From: Deltaproteobacteria bacterium
Lineage (GTDB): Bacteria; JAGRBM01; JAHCIT01
DNA length: 64,000 nucleotides
Reading direction: 5' to 3'
NCBI GenBank assembly: GCA_026129095.1
Contig: JAHCIT010000006.1
Location: 190,235 to 254,234, forward strand
The notes under the pieces are model-generated. The model searched no databases. It was not told where the DNA came from and saw only the letters and a list, made by a program, of their open reading frames with translations. The translations under genes and the position numbers were made by a program. Positions 43,793 through 52,700 of this stretch are shown in pieces (position 1 is the first letter of the stretch; the number at the start of each line of letters is the position of its first letter).

Positions 43793-44419
43793 ATGGAAAC
43801 CATAACTGGCGAGGCCGCGACCTACGAGTCGATATTCCGCCACCCGAAGGTGCGTCTTGCACTTGCCGTGAGAGCATCGCTGCTGCCGGTGACAGCCGCA
43901 TCGCTCCCCGCTGGACTCCTGGTCGCCGCGATCTTCACGGTCGTAACCCGAAACCCCGAACACCTGCTGATGAAAGGGGTCACGGCTGCCTTCCTGTGCT
44001 GGGCAGCGGGCCTTCTGCTGTTTGCCCGCCAGAATCTCATGCGACTCAAACGTCTGGGCGAAGTAACCTACCGGTTCGACAGCGAGCGGTTCCGTCCGGA
44101 ACCCGGAAAGCCGGATTCCCCTGCCGGCTCACTGAATGAAATGGCCGAAGCCCTCAACCAGAACCGGCTTGACCCCATCCAGTTACCCGCCGACGGTTAC
44201 GTGCCTCATGAATACCGGACACGCGTCAACCGTATTCCCGCCTCGCGGCTGCTCATTGGCGGCCTCAGCCCTGTCCGCGATCTCTATATGGCGGGAGAAC
44301 TCGCTGCCGACGGCACACCGGTGTGGGATCTGCGGACCAAGCTGGTGAAGGAAATCGAGGACCGCGCATGGAAACTGGGCTCCCTCACCGACCCCGGCTG
44401 GCATACGAGACCGGGGTGA
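43793..44419 (+). CDS. Hypothetical membrane protein (2 TM)
   Basis: Two hydrophobic segments; fills the gap after pal; start 43778 or 43793. Confidence 0.55.
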   Translation: METITGEAATYESIFRHPKVRLALAVRASLLPVTAASLPAGLLVAAIFTVVTRNPEHLLMKGVTAAFLCWAAGLLLFARQNLMRLKRLGEVTYRFDSERFRPEPGKPDSPAGSLNEMAEALNQNRLDPIQLPADGYVPHEYRTRVNRIPASRLLIGGLSPVRDLYMAGELAADGTPVWDLRTKLVKEIEDRAWKLGSLTDPGWHTRPG

Positions 44420-44432
44420 CGAGAGGATAACC

Positions 44433-45194
44433 ATGCCGCCGCAGCCCCCTCAGTCCACATCCGACGATCCGGAGATACTGGAAGCCACCGGTTCTCTGCC
44501 GGCACCGAACCCGGACGTGCCGGGATTTCTCACCGCTGACCAGAAGCTCTACTGGGTGCTGGGGGCGGTATTCGTTTCCAGTTTGCTGGTGGGCGACATG
44601 ATCGGGGGGAAGTTTTTCTCGATTGCCGGGACGCGCCTGTCGGTGGGAATCATTCCCTTCCCTGTCACCTACGTGCTGACCGACGTCATCAACGAGTTTT
44701 ATGGCCGCCGGGGAGCCCGGTTCATCACCTTCGTGGCGGCGGCAATGGCCGTTTACGCCTACCTCATCCTCCAGATCGCCATCGCGCTGCCGGTAGCCGA
44801 TGGGTCTCCGATCCCGCAGGAGGCGTTCCAGACGGTATTCGGTTTCGGCCTCCGGCTGTTTGCGGCATCAATACTGGCCTTTCTGATTTCGCAACTGGTG
44901 GATATCGCTGCATTCGGCATGTTCAAAAGGCTCACACGCTCGCGGCACATCTGGCTGCGGGCGACGGGTTCCACGGCCATCTCGCAACTCGTGGACACGT
45001 TCGTCATCAACTTCGTGCTGCTGACGGGAACCATGACGACATTGGAAATCTGGCGCATCGTGCTGGACAGTTATCTTTACAAACTGATCGCTGCAGTTGT
45101 GCTGACGCCAGTAATCTATGCCCTGCATGGACTGGTCATCCATGTTTTCCGGATCCATCCCGAAGGAACTGTCCGCAGGGGAGAAGGTATCTAG
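44433..45194 (+). CDS. Queuosine precursor transporter (YhhQ/VUT family)
   Basis: FPVTYVLTDVINEFYG, SQLVD, WLRATGSTAISQLVDT. Confidence 0.88.
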   Translation: MPPQPPQSTSDDPEILEATGSLPAPNPDVPGFLTADQKLYWVLGAVFVSSLLVGDMIGGKFFSIAGTRLSVGIIPFPVTYVLTDVINEFYGRRGARFITFVAAAMAVYAYLILQIAIALPVADGSPIPQEAFQTVFGFGLRLFAASILAFLISQLVDIAAFGMFKRLTRSRHIWLRATGSTAISQLVDTFVINFVLLTGTMTTLEIWRIVLDSYLYKLIAAVVLTPVIYALHGLVIHVFRIHPEGTVRRGEGI

Positions 45195-45466
45195 GGGTTC
45201 TGCGGGAAGTAGTAGACGATCTCGCCCGGACGCACCATGCCGAGGTCATCACGCGCAATGCTCTCGATGTAGGCGTGATCCTTTTTCAGCCGCTCGCGTT
45301 CGGTTTCCAGACCTGCAATGCGGCCCCGCATTTCCTCGACGCGCTCGGCGGCACGGTCCAGTTCCCGCCGCTCATAAAACAGTTCCGATCCGGTCCTGGC
45401 CAGATTCCAAAGCAACGCGACAGAACCAACGGCCCCAATCGAGACAATGAACCAGCGTCGCCACAT
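45191..45466 (-). CDS. ftsB: Septum formation initiator FtsB/DivIC
   Basis: TM, coiled coil, YIESIARDDLGMVRPGEIVY. Confidence 0.88.
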   Translation of the reverse strand: MWRRWFIVSIGAVGSVALLWNLARTGSELFYERRELDRAAERVEEMRGRIAGLETERERLKKDHAYIESIARDDLGMVRPGEIVYYFPQNP

Positions 45467-45477
45467 AAACTGCGCCT

Positions 45478-45506
45478 AAAATACCGCTGTCGCCAGAGTC
45501 CGTCAA
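45478..45506 (-). promoter_or_regulatory. Sigma70 promoter of ftsB
   Basis: TTGACG-N17-TATTTT ending 11 nt before the ATG. Confidence 0.55.
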
Positions 45507-45585
45507 GACATTGATATGATTGAAGATATCCTGACTTCTACAACCGCTTCAGGAAGAGCGGAGATGGCAGAGCCTTGTCACAAGG

Positions 45586-45613
45586 AAAACGGGCGGCCTT
45601 TTGAGGCCGCCCG
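45586..45613 (-). terminator. Rho-independent terminator after the ferritin-like gene
   Basis: 10-bp stem CGGGCGGCCT/AGGCCGCCCG with 4-nt loop, followed by TTTT on the minus strand. Confidence 0.75.
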
Positions 45614-45634
45614 CTGCGAACCATCTGCCGGAAA

Positions 45635-46600
45635 CTAGGCCGTTGCCCAGTTGCGGATATTGGCTTCGGTTCCATCAGCGCTGGTCCACTGGGCCTCCTT
45701 GAGACCCTTCATGTTTTCCGTGGATGCCGCGCGGACAAACGAGAAGTCGATGCCTGTAGTGAGGTGGATCGCCTTTTCGAGTACCGTGCCAATGGCCGAT
45801 CCGACAGGACTTTCGAAAAACTCCACGGTCTCCTTGAAGTTCTTTACCGTGGGATTGTTCTTTACTTCCTCCCGGTCGTTGAACCTCCGGAGCCGCTTCA
45901 TCACTTCCTTCATTTGGTGATTGCCCGGATCAACGATCTGCATCGGCCGGAAAAACACGTCATTGAAGAACCCGGGGCCCCAGGCGAGCATTCCCCAGAA
46001 CTCCGGCTTAAGCCAGCCAGGAGTCTTGTCATCGCTTGCCCGCTTGCCGCGGTTCCTGGAGAAATACTCGGTCATGTAGAAGTCCATGGCGATATGGCGT
46101 GATTCGTCCTGGTTGATCCGTTCCACGACCTCGCGAGAGAGCGGATCATCCACATATTCATTAAGGCCACGGAGCAGCGCGATGTCGAGAATAAGCTCCC
46201 CGCCCAGGATGAACGACGTGGCAAAAGCCGGGTTGATCGTCTTTACCGCCTTCACGAATGACGGGATGAACTGGAGCATCCAGAGATTCGGTGTGTAGAA
46301 CTTGTAGTTGTGGACATTGAAATAGTCGGCAAGCTTGGCAGCCGCGATGCTGTGACGGACCTCGTCGGCGTGACACAGTTCGAATATCCGCTTGAGGCGC
46401 GGATCTTCAACCCGCTGCGACAGAGCGAGGAACAGGGCCCCCGCAAGACGCTCGATATAGGACATGTCGGTGTAGTACTGGCAAACCTGGAGCTCCTTCT
46501 CTTTCGAGAGAGGGATGGGCTTTTGCGCCCAGTCAAAACTGTTCACATTCCACTGGCCGCGTTCGCACTTCTCCACCATCTTGTCCAGATCCATCGCCAT
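45635..46600 (-). CDS. Ferritin-like diiron carboxylate protein (AurF/desaturase-like superfamily)
   Basis: E...DEVRH...E...DESRH ligand pattern; GAGGAG RBS. Confidence 0.8.
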   Translation of the reverse strand: MAMDLDKMVEKCERGQWNVNSFDWAQKPIPLSKEKELQVCQYYTDMSYIERLAGALFLALSQRVEDPRLKRIFELCHADEVRHSIAAAKLADYFNVHNYKFYTPNLWMLQFIPSFVKAVKTINPAFATSFILGGELILDIALLRGLNEYVDDPLSREVVERINQDESRHIAMDFYMTEYFSRNRGKRASDDKTPGWLKPEFWGMLAWGPGFFNDVFFRPMQIVDPGNHQMKEVMKRLRRFNDREEVKNNPTVKNFKETVEFFESPVGSAIGTVLEKAIHLTTGIDFSFVRAASTENMKGLKEAQWTSADGTEANIRNWATA

Positions 46601-46713
46601 CGCATTTCTCTCCTCAACGGGGGGCCTCGTCAGTGACGCACCCGTCATGTTTGTATTGTATCAGTTCGCCAGTTCCGATGCGCTTTGTCAGTACTCGGAG
46701 TTTCTATACAACC

Positions 46714-46727
46714 TGACCAATTGGTCG
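46714..46727. promoter_or_regulatory. TetR-type operator palindrome
   Basis: TGACC-AATT-GGTCG (perfect GACCAATTGGTC) just downstream of a candidate minus-strand promoter; IHF consensus TATCAACCTATTG at 46796-46808. Confidence 0.55.
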
Positions 46728-46942
46728 GTTAGCTGTATATAACTGGCCAAGCGATCAGCGCGCAAGGAAATAAATAGGGCAACATGGGGCTATTCTATCA
46801 ACCTATTGTAATTACTATTAAATTATATGATGCTATGCATCAAACAGCGTCCATCCAGGTATGGGCACCTGGGATTTCCCAAACGGCAGCCCCCGTTCAG
46901 AGAACTTTGCCGAGAAGCGTCATATAGGGGCATCCAAACCCC

Positions 46943-47734
46943 CTATTCTACATCCTTGAACTTCGCTGGCCGTTTCTGCATCCGGGCCATGAGGGCTTCC
47001 ATCTGGTTGGGACTGCCGATCAGTTTCATCTGAAGCTCGGCCTCGCGGCGGAGCACCTCGTCTACCGGGGCGCGCCAGTTGAACCTGAGCAGTTCCTTGC
47101 CTGCCCGGACTGCATGAGGATTGCGACCGGCAATTTCCCTGGCCAAGGCGAGTGCCTCCGTGAGCGGATCCTCGGCTGTCCGGGTCACGAGCCCGATCTG
47201 GGCAGCTTCGGCCCCGGAAACGATCTTGCCGGTCAGCGCCAGTTCCACTGCAACGTCATACCGCACCAGATCCCGCAACGTCGCGCTGCCGCTCATGTCG
47301 GGGATGAGTCCCAACTGGACCTCCATCACCGAGAGCCGGGCGTCCGGCCGGGCGAGGCGCACATCGGCCCCAAGCGCAACCTGAAGACCTCCGCCAAAGC
47401 AGGCGCCGTGAACAGCGGCGATTACCGGCATGGGCAGTTCACGCCATATCCATCCCGGCTTCTGGAACTGGTTCGCCGGTCCGTCCTTGGCCGCCATGGC
47501 CTCCTTAAGTGATGCCGGGTTGAACGCCGCGCCACCGACATCGAGGCCTGAGCAGAAGCTGGGGCCGTTGCCTGACATTACAACGGCCCGGACGGTCTTG
47601 TTGTCCCTCAGTGACTCCCCTGCCCGGTTGATCGCCTCAAACATCGCGGTGGAAAGCGCATTGTGCTTCTCCGGACGGTTGAGACGGACCTGCGCTACGC
47701 CACCGTCTATTTCGATCAGCACCAGTTCGGACAT
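46943..47734 (-). CDS. Enoyl-CoA hydratase/isomerase (crotonase) family
   Basis: LNRPEKHNAL, FCSGLD, PVIAAVHG.CFGGG, E..LGLIPD. Confidence 0.92.
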   Translation of the reverse strand: MSELVLIEIDGGVAQVRLNRPEKHNALSTAMFEAINRAGESLRDNKTVRAVVMSGNGPSFCSGLDVGGAAFNPASLKEAMAAKDGPANQFQKPGWIWRELPMPVIAAVHGACFGGGLQVALGADVRLARPDARLSVMEVQLGLIPDMSGSATLRDLVRYDVAVELALTGKIVSGAEAAQIGLVTRTAEDPLTEALALAREIAGRNPHAVRAGKELLRFNWRAPVDEVLRREAELQMKLIGSPNQMEALMARMQKRPAKFKDVE

Positions 47735-47754
47735 GAGTTCTGCTTCCTCCGGTT

Positions 47755-49134
47755 TCAGTGATTGAGATATCGTCTGGCTTCCCGGACGGCCTTCACACCG
47801 CTCCGCACGGCCGATTCCATCGTTGACGGAAGCTCCGTATCGGTCCAGTCGCCGGCGAGGAACAGGTTTTCGATGGGGGTCCGCTGCCTGCACCGGAGAT
47901 TCCTGAACCCCGGTACGCCGGAAAACGTCGCTGTGGGTTCACGCACGACACTCGAGTGGAGCAGCTTGAACTTTCGGCTCTCGGGATAGTGCTCATGGAT
48001 CGCCTCCATTGCCGTCTCCATGATCTGCGCGTTGGTTTTCGTCATCAGATCCCACGAAGCGCTCACGATCAGCGTATAGTAGTAGCGCCCCGGCATGCTT
48101 TCGCGGCCGTGCATGGCCGTCCGGTCAAATACCCACTCGACGGGGCAGTCGAGAATCCCTTCATATGAGTTCGTCATGTGGAGCCGCTGGTCATACCAGA
48201 GGTTGATGGCGACAATCGGCGCATCTTCGATACCGTTCACCCTGGCAAAAAACGGATCATCCTTCAGTGCCGTCGCGGCAATCAGGTTTTTCATCCCCTG
48301 CGGGGCAAGCGCCAGCAGATAGGCGTCAGCCGTCAGTTCCCTGCCGCTTTTCAGCAGGAACCGGGTGATCCGCTTGCTGTCGAGCTCCACCCCCGCCACG
48401 GCATCACCGATAATGATCTTCGCGCCGTGACCTTCCAGATACCTGGCCGATGGTGCCACGAACAGTTCGTCCAGCGGAACTGTCGGATATCCGAGACTCG
48501 CCCTGCCGCTACGGCCCGCCACGAAACCCCACCGGAGCAGTTGCGCGAGCAGGTGTGCACTCACCCTCCACGGCTTCTCGTTCAGGGTGGAAATCGTGAA
48601 GGTATCCCAGAAGGCGCGCCGCATGCCCGTTGTGAAACCCATTTCGTCGAACCATTCCTCGGCAGTCATGCGGTCCAGACGGTCGGGTATCTCCCCGGCA
48701 ACAACCGCCAGCTTTGGTAGCGAACGGAGGACTGCCAGCTTGTCGGCAAGTGTGAGGCTTTTCAGCCGCAGCATCCCGATCATGCCGGCAAGGGGCTGGA
48801 GCGGACCCGGCAGATTCGGCCCCCGGAGCCAGTGATCGCCGTACCGGCTGTCCTTGAAAAACGTCTGGAGCTGGTCCGGAAACCAGACCAGGTCGATGGT
48901 TCCAATGATGCGCAGGAATTCGAAAGTGTCCGTATAGGTCGTGGTGAGAACATGCTGGCCATTATCCACGAGATCGCCGGTCGTCTTGTCGCGGAAGGAA
49001 TACGTCCGGCCGCCCAGAAACGGTTTGGCCTCCACCAGCGTCACGGCATGGCCGTCTTTCGCCAGATGTACGGCGGCAGCGAGCCCCGACAGTCCGGAGC
49101 CCGCGACGACCACTTCTTTCCGTGCGCCGTGCAT
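47755..49134 (-). CDS. hpnE: HpnE-like FAD-dependent oxidoreductase (hydroxysqualene dehydroxylase family)
   Basis: GSGLSGL, LGGR..SF, DNGQH, LFLAGDWTDTELPSTMESAVRSG. Confidence 0.75.
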   Translation of the reverse strand: MHGARKEVVVAGSGLSGLAAAVHLAKDGHAVTLVEAKPFLGGRTYSFRDKTTGDLVDNGQHVLTTTYTDTFEFLRIIGTIDLVWFPDQLQTFFKDSRYGDHWLRGPNLPGPLQPLAGMIGMLRLKSLTLADKLAVLRSLPKLAVVAGEIPDRLDRMTAEEWFDEMGFTTGMRRAFWDTFTISTLNEKPWRVSAHLLAQLLRWGFVAGRSGRASLGYPTVPLDELFVAPSARYLEGHGAKIIIGDAVAGVELDSKRITRFLLKSGRELTADAYLLALAPQGMKNLIAATALKDDPFFARVNGIEDAPIVAINLWYDQRLHMTNSYEGILDCPVEWVFDRTAMHGRESMPGRYYYTLIVSASWDLMTKTNAQIMETAMEAIHEHYPESRKFKLLHSSVVREPTATFSGVPGFRNLRCRQRTPIENLFLAGDWTDTELPSTMESAVRSGVKAVREARRYLNH

Positions 49135-50882
49135 TACTCTCCTGTTTTCGGCTCACTGGCTGCTGGCGTTACCGGCGACACTGCCGGAAGGGGCCCTACG
49201 ACCTTCAGCTCACGAACGGGGCCTTCGGCCTCCTCACCTTCTGTTCCGGCCCACGGCGCATTCGGAACGCGTGGCTTTTTCCGGCGGTGACGCCTCCTCT
49301 CTCGCTGGCCTTCAGGCCGGGGACCGCCTGGCACCTGCCCCTGTTGCGACGACTGTCCACCCTGCGGTTTTGCTTCCCTGGGCGGTTGAGGCTTCTGCGC
49401 CGGTCTCGGAGGCGGCAGCGGCTGTTTCGGCCTTGGTCGTGGACGCGGCAGTGTATCGAGCTTCTCGATGGCGGCCTTCAGGCGATTCACCGCATCGGGA
49501 ACCTCTTCAGGCGCCAGATCCATCATGGACACGGCAAAATAGGGCGATTCGCCAAACTCCGGATCAAAAAGTTCACCCGGCCAGATGCCGATCCTGTGTT
49601 CGAGTGCCACATCGGCAAGCTGGTGCGTGGGTCGCCCGCTTCTCAGTTTCAGCCACAGGAAGTGCCCTCCACGCGGGGCATGGTACTCGACCAGTTCCTT
49701 CAGCCAGCCTTCGATCCCCTGGAGCCAGGCTTCGCGGCGCTTGCGCAGCATCACCCGGAGCCGGTCAAGGTAGACGTTCCATCCGGCATGGTTCAGCAGC
49801 CTCGCGGCAATCTCCTGCGGAATCCGCCCAGCACTGGCGCCGACCGTCTCCATGTACCGGACCAGCCGCTCCTTGATGGGCCCGGGCAGCGCCATTCCCG
49901 CCACCGGAAGCGTTGGCGAAACGAGCATTTCCAGATCGACCAGGTGGATCTTCATCAGGCCCGGCGGTGGCGGGATGGGCCGAGGTGGCGGAGCGCCATA
50001 GAACACCAGACGGTACGGGTCATCCTCTACCAGGATTACCCCGCGCCGGGCGCAAACCTCGGCGATCTCCTGCCGGCGGCGGTCAAACAGCACCGCGTCA
50101 TCAGGCTCGCGGTAGGTCGGATTGAGATAGACGAACCGGATGTCACCGGCCTGAAGTCGCCTGTCGAGTCCTCCCGGCGCAATACCATCGGCATCCGATC
50201 GGGCGACCTCAACCCGGGCGCCAGCCGACTTGAATGCATGAATGGCACGGGCGCGTGTGAGTGGCTCCACCAGAACCGTTGAACCGGGGTCGATCAGCGC
50301 TAGTGCCAGGAGTTTCAGCGAGTGCCCGACACCCTGTGTCACGAACATCTCGTTATCCGTGACCGGCAGCCCTTCACGGGTAAGGAGCCGTGCAAACCCC
50401 TCGCGAAGGGAAACGATACCGTCAACGGGAGCCTGCTCCATGAGCTGAACAGCCTTGGGGAGTCCCGCGATGGCCTCGACCCAGACGGGGTCGCGCTCGA
50501 CTTCCTTCACACCATGCACGCCGAGCGGCACCAGTACACCTTCCGCCCCTTTTACCTTGCTGATCCATTCCTTCAGCGGATCGCGGCGCGGCATCCCGGT
50601 GTTGAGCGTCCGGGCAAACTGAACCTGCGGTCCGCGTGGCGCATCCGGCAACTGGCGCCGGGGATCACCCCGTTCCTCACGCTGCACCTCCGGCCGGGGC
50701 CCACCCTTGCGATCGCGGCCGCGGCGGCGATTGCGGTTTCGGCCCTCACGCGAAGGCCGGTCGCCGCGGGGCGAACCGGTTGCCAGTGTTCCTTCAGCTC
50801 GCACTCCGGGTTGCACGGCAGGAGTTGCTACCGGAGGAGTCGCTGGAGCTGGCGGCGTGTTGTTCTGCTGTTCGTCACTCAT
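49134..50882 (-). CDS. Degenerate class I/II aminotransferase-fold protein with Arg/Pro-rich disordered termini
   Basis: G...LRE, LIDPG.TVLVE, ILVEDDPY, GG.FLWL and PGE.F are retained; the SFSK PLP-lysine motif reads DLEM. Confidence 0.8.
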   Translation of the reverse strand: MSDEQQNNTPPAPATPPVATPAVQPGVRAEGTLATGSPRGDRPSREGRNRNRRRGRDRKGGPRPEVQREERGDPRRQLPDAPRGPQVQFARTLNTGMPRRDPLKEWISKVKGAEGVLVPLGVHGVKEVERDPVWVEAIAGLPKAVQLMEQAPVDGIVSLREGFARLLTREGLPVTDNEMFVTQGVGHSLKLLALALIDPGSTVLVEPLTRARAIHAFKSAGARVEVARSDADGIAPGGLDRRLQAGDIRFVYLNPTYREPDDAVLFDRRRQEIAEVCARRGVILVEDDPYRLVFYGAPPPRPIPPPPGLMKIHLVDLEMLVSPTLPVAGMALPGPIKERLVRYMETVGASAGRIPQEIAARLLNHAGWNVYLDRLRVMLRKRREAWLQGIEGWLKELVEYHAPRGGHFLWLKLRSGRPTHQLADVALEHRIGIWPGELFDPEFGESPYFAVSMMDLAPEEVPDAVNRLKAAIEKLDTLPRPRPRPKQPLPPPRPAQKPQPPREAKPQGGQSSQQGQVPGGPRPEGQRERRRHRRKKPRVPNAPWAGTEGEEAEGPVRELKVVGPLPAVSPVTPAASEPKTGE

Positions 50883-50946
50883 TCGTTATTACCTGGGCCA
50901 CTGCCTGGCTTTCTCATGCCACTTCGTTGCGTCATGGAGCAAGTTC

Positions 50947-51435
50947 TCATTTGCTCCACGGGGAGGGGGGATACGGATCAGCGATGGTCTGGGGCCGCCG
51001 GGGCAGCAGCACACGTCTCCGGAGGACCAGCACCTTTTCGGATTTCTGGTTCCATGCACGGGTCTCCACGTAAATGATTCCCCGGTCGCTCTTGGTCGTG
51101 GAGGGGATCACGTCCAGCACCTCGGTTTCGGCATACAGCGTGTCGCCGTGGAAAGTGGGGCCCATATGCTTCACGGTTTCATATTCGAGATTTGCAATAC
51201 AGATTTCCGACACGTCCTTCACGCTCATCCCGACGACGATTGAAAAGACGAGGGTGCCGTTGACCAGCCGTTGCCCATGCTGCGACTTCGAGCCCCAGTA
51301 GGCATCAAAATGCAGGGGATTCGTGTTCATCGTCAGCAGCGTGAACCAGGTGTCGTCCGCCTCGGTGACAGTCCGCCCCGGCCAGTGCCGGATCACTTCA
51401 CCCCTGGCGAAATCCTCGAAGTATTTCTGGGCCAT
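50947..51435 (-). CDS. MaoC-family dehydratase
   Basis: YFEDF, RTVTEAD, NPLHFD, PTFHGDTL. Confidence 0.9.
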   Translation of the reverse strand: MAQKYFEDFARGEVIRHWPGRTVTEADDTWFTLLTMNTNPLHFDAYWGSKSQHGQRLVNGTLVFSIVVGMSVKDVSEICIANLEYETVKHMGPTFHGDTLYAETEVLDVIPSTTKSDRGIIYVETRAWNQKSEKVLVLRRRVLLPRRPQTIADPYPPSPWSK

Positions 51436-51448
51436 GCCGGAGCATCCT

Positions 51449-52624
51449 CTAGTCGATCGAATACCGTTTCCTGATCTGCCGGGCGATTACCGTCTGGAGA
51501 ATCTCGTTCGTCCCTTCGCCGACGGTCATCAATGGTGCATCCCGGTAGTACCGCTCAACATCGAACTCGCTGGTATACCCGTAACCGCCGTGGAGCTGGA
51601 TGCCCTCGAACGAGTGCCGTGCACAGGCCGATGATGCAAACAGCTTGGCCATGCCGCTTTCCAGATCACATCTCTGGCCCCGGTCTTTCTTCCGGGCGGC
51701 GTCGAGCGTCAAAAGCCGCGCCGCCTGCAGATCCGTCTGCATGAACGCCAGTTTCTGCTGGACGAGCTGGTGCTCGATGAGAGGCTTTCCGAATGTCACG
51801 CGCTCCTGCGCATATCTGGCCGAATCCTCGAAGATGGCCCGCAACACACCCACGGCCCGGGCAGCCACGTTGATACGGCCTGTCTCCAGGCCGTCCATCA
51901 CCTGATAGAAGCCCTTGCCTTCCGACCCGCCTACGAGGTTTGCCGCCGGGACGCGGACATTCTCGAAGGTGAGCTCGCAGGTTTCTATCCCCTTGTAACC
52001 CAGCTTCTTGATATTCCTGCTCACGGTAAAGCCGGGGTCACCCTTTTCGAATATGAACGCGCTGATTCCCTTGTAGGCCGGATCAGTGTTCATGTCGGTT
52101 TTCACAACAAGCAGATAGGTGTTTCCGTACGAGCCGTTCGTGATCCACATCTTCGAGCCGTTCACGATGTAGTGGTCACCAGCTTTAACGGCCCGGCAGC
52201 GGATTCCTGCGACGTCGGATCCTCCTTGCGCCTCTGAAAGCGCCAATCCGCCACGCATCTCGCCGGTGGCAAACCGGGGCAGGTATTTCCTTTTCTGGTC
52301 CTCGGTCCCGTAGTTTTTCACCACATAGGCCATGATGAGATGCGTGTTGATAAACCCCGACAGCGACATCCAGACACGCGATAGTTCCTCATTAATGAGG
52401 GCATAAGTGTAGTAGTCGAGACCCAGGCCCCCGTATTCGGCCGGTATCGTCGCCCCGAACAGACCGAGCCTTTTCAGTCCATCCACGAACTCCGCGGGAT
52501 ACTCGTCGGCGTGCTCGTAGTGCTGGACCTTGGGCTTCACATCCTTTTCCAGCCAGCGGCGGATGGCATCCAGCAGCGCCCGCTGGTCCTCGTTCATCAG
52601 CGTTTCGTCAATCGCACGTTGCAT
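51449..52624 (-). CDS. Acyl-CoA dehydrogenase
   Basis: ALSE..GGSD, NGSKMWITNG, R.TFGK, QLHGGYGY, GEGTNEI. Confidence 0.95.
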   Translation of the reverse strand: MQRAIDETLMNEDQRALLDAIRRWLEKDVKPKVQHYEHADEYPAEFVDGLKRLGLFGATIPAEYGGLGLDYYTYALINEELSRVWMSLSGFINTHLIMAYVVKNYGTEDQKRKYLPRFATGEMRGGLALSEAQGGSDVAGIRCRAVKAGDHYIVNGSKMWITNGSYGNTYLLVVKTDMNTDPAYKGISAFIFEKGDPGFTVSRNIKKLGYKGIETCELTFENVRVPAANLVGGSEGKGFYQVMDGLETGRINVAARAVGVLRAIFEDSARYAQERVTFGKPLIEHQLVQQKLAFMQTDLQAARLLTLDAARKKDRGQRCDLESGMAKLFASSACARHSFEGIQLHGGYGYTSEFDVERYYRDAPLMTVGEGTNEILQTVIARQIRKRYSID

Positions 52625-52700
52625 GGGATTCCGGGAGACTCCTCGCCCCTTGCAGGGGCCGGAGAACTTAGGGGAACCGGGGGCCGGAGGGCAAACTCCC

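Noticed and set aside
44420-44432. preQ1 riboswitch before the YhhQ-type transporter
   Set aside because: Only 13 nt of intergenic space and no preQ1 motif
49134-50882. MocR/GabR regulator or decayed pseudogene
   Set aside because: No N-terminal wHTH; no stops or frameshifts, and substitutions concentrate at active-site motifs
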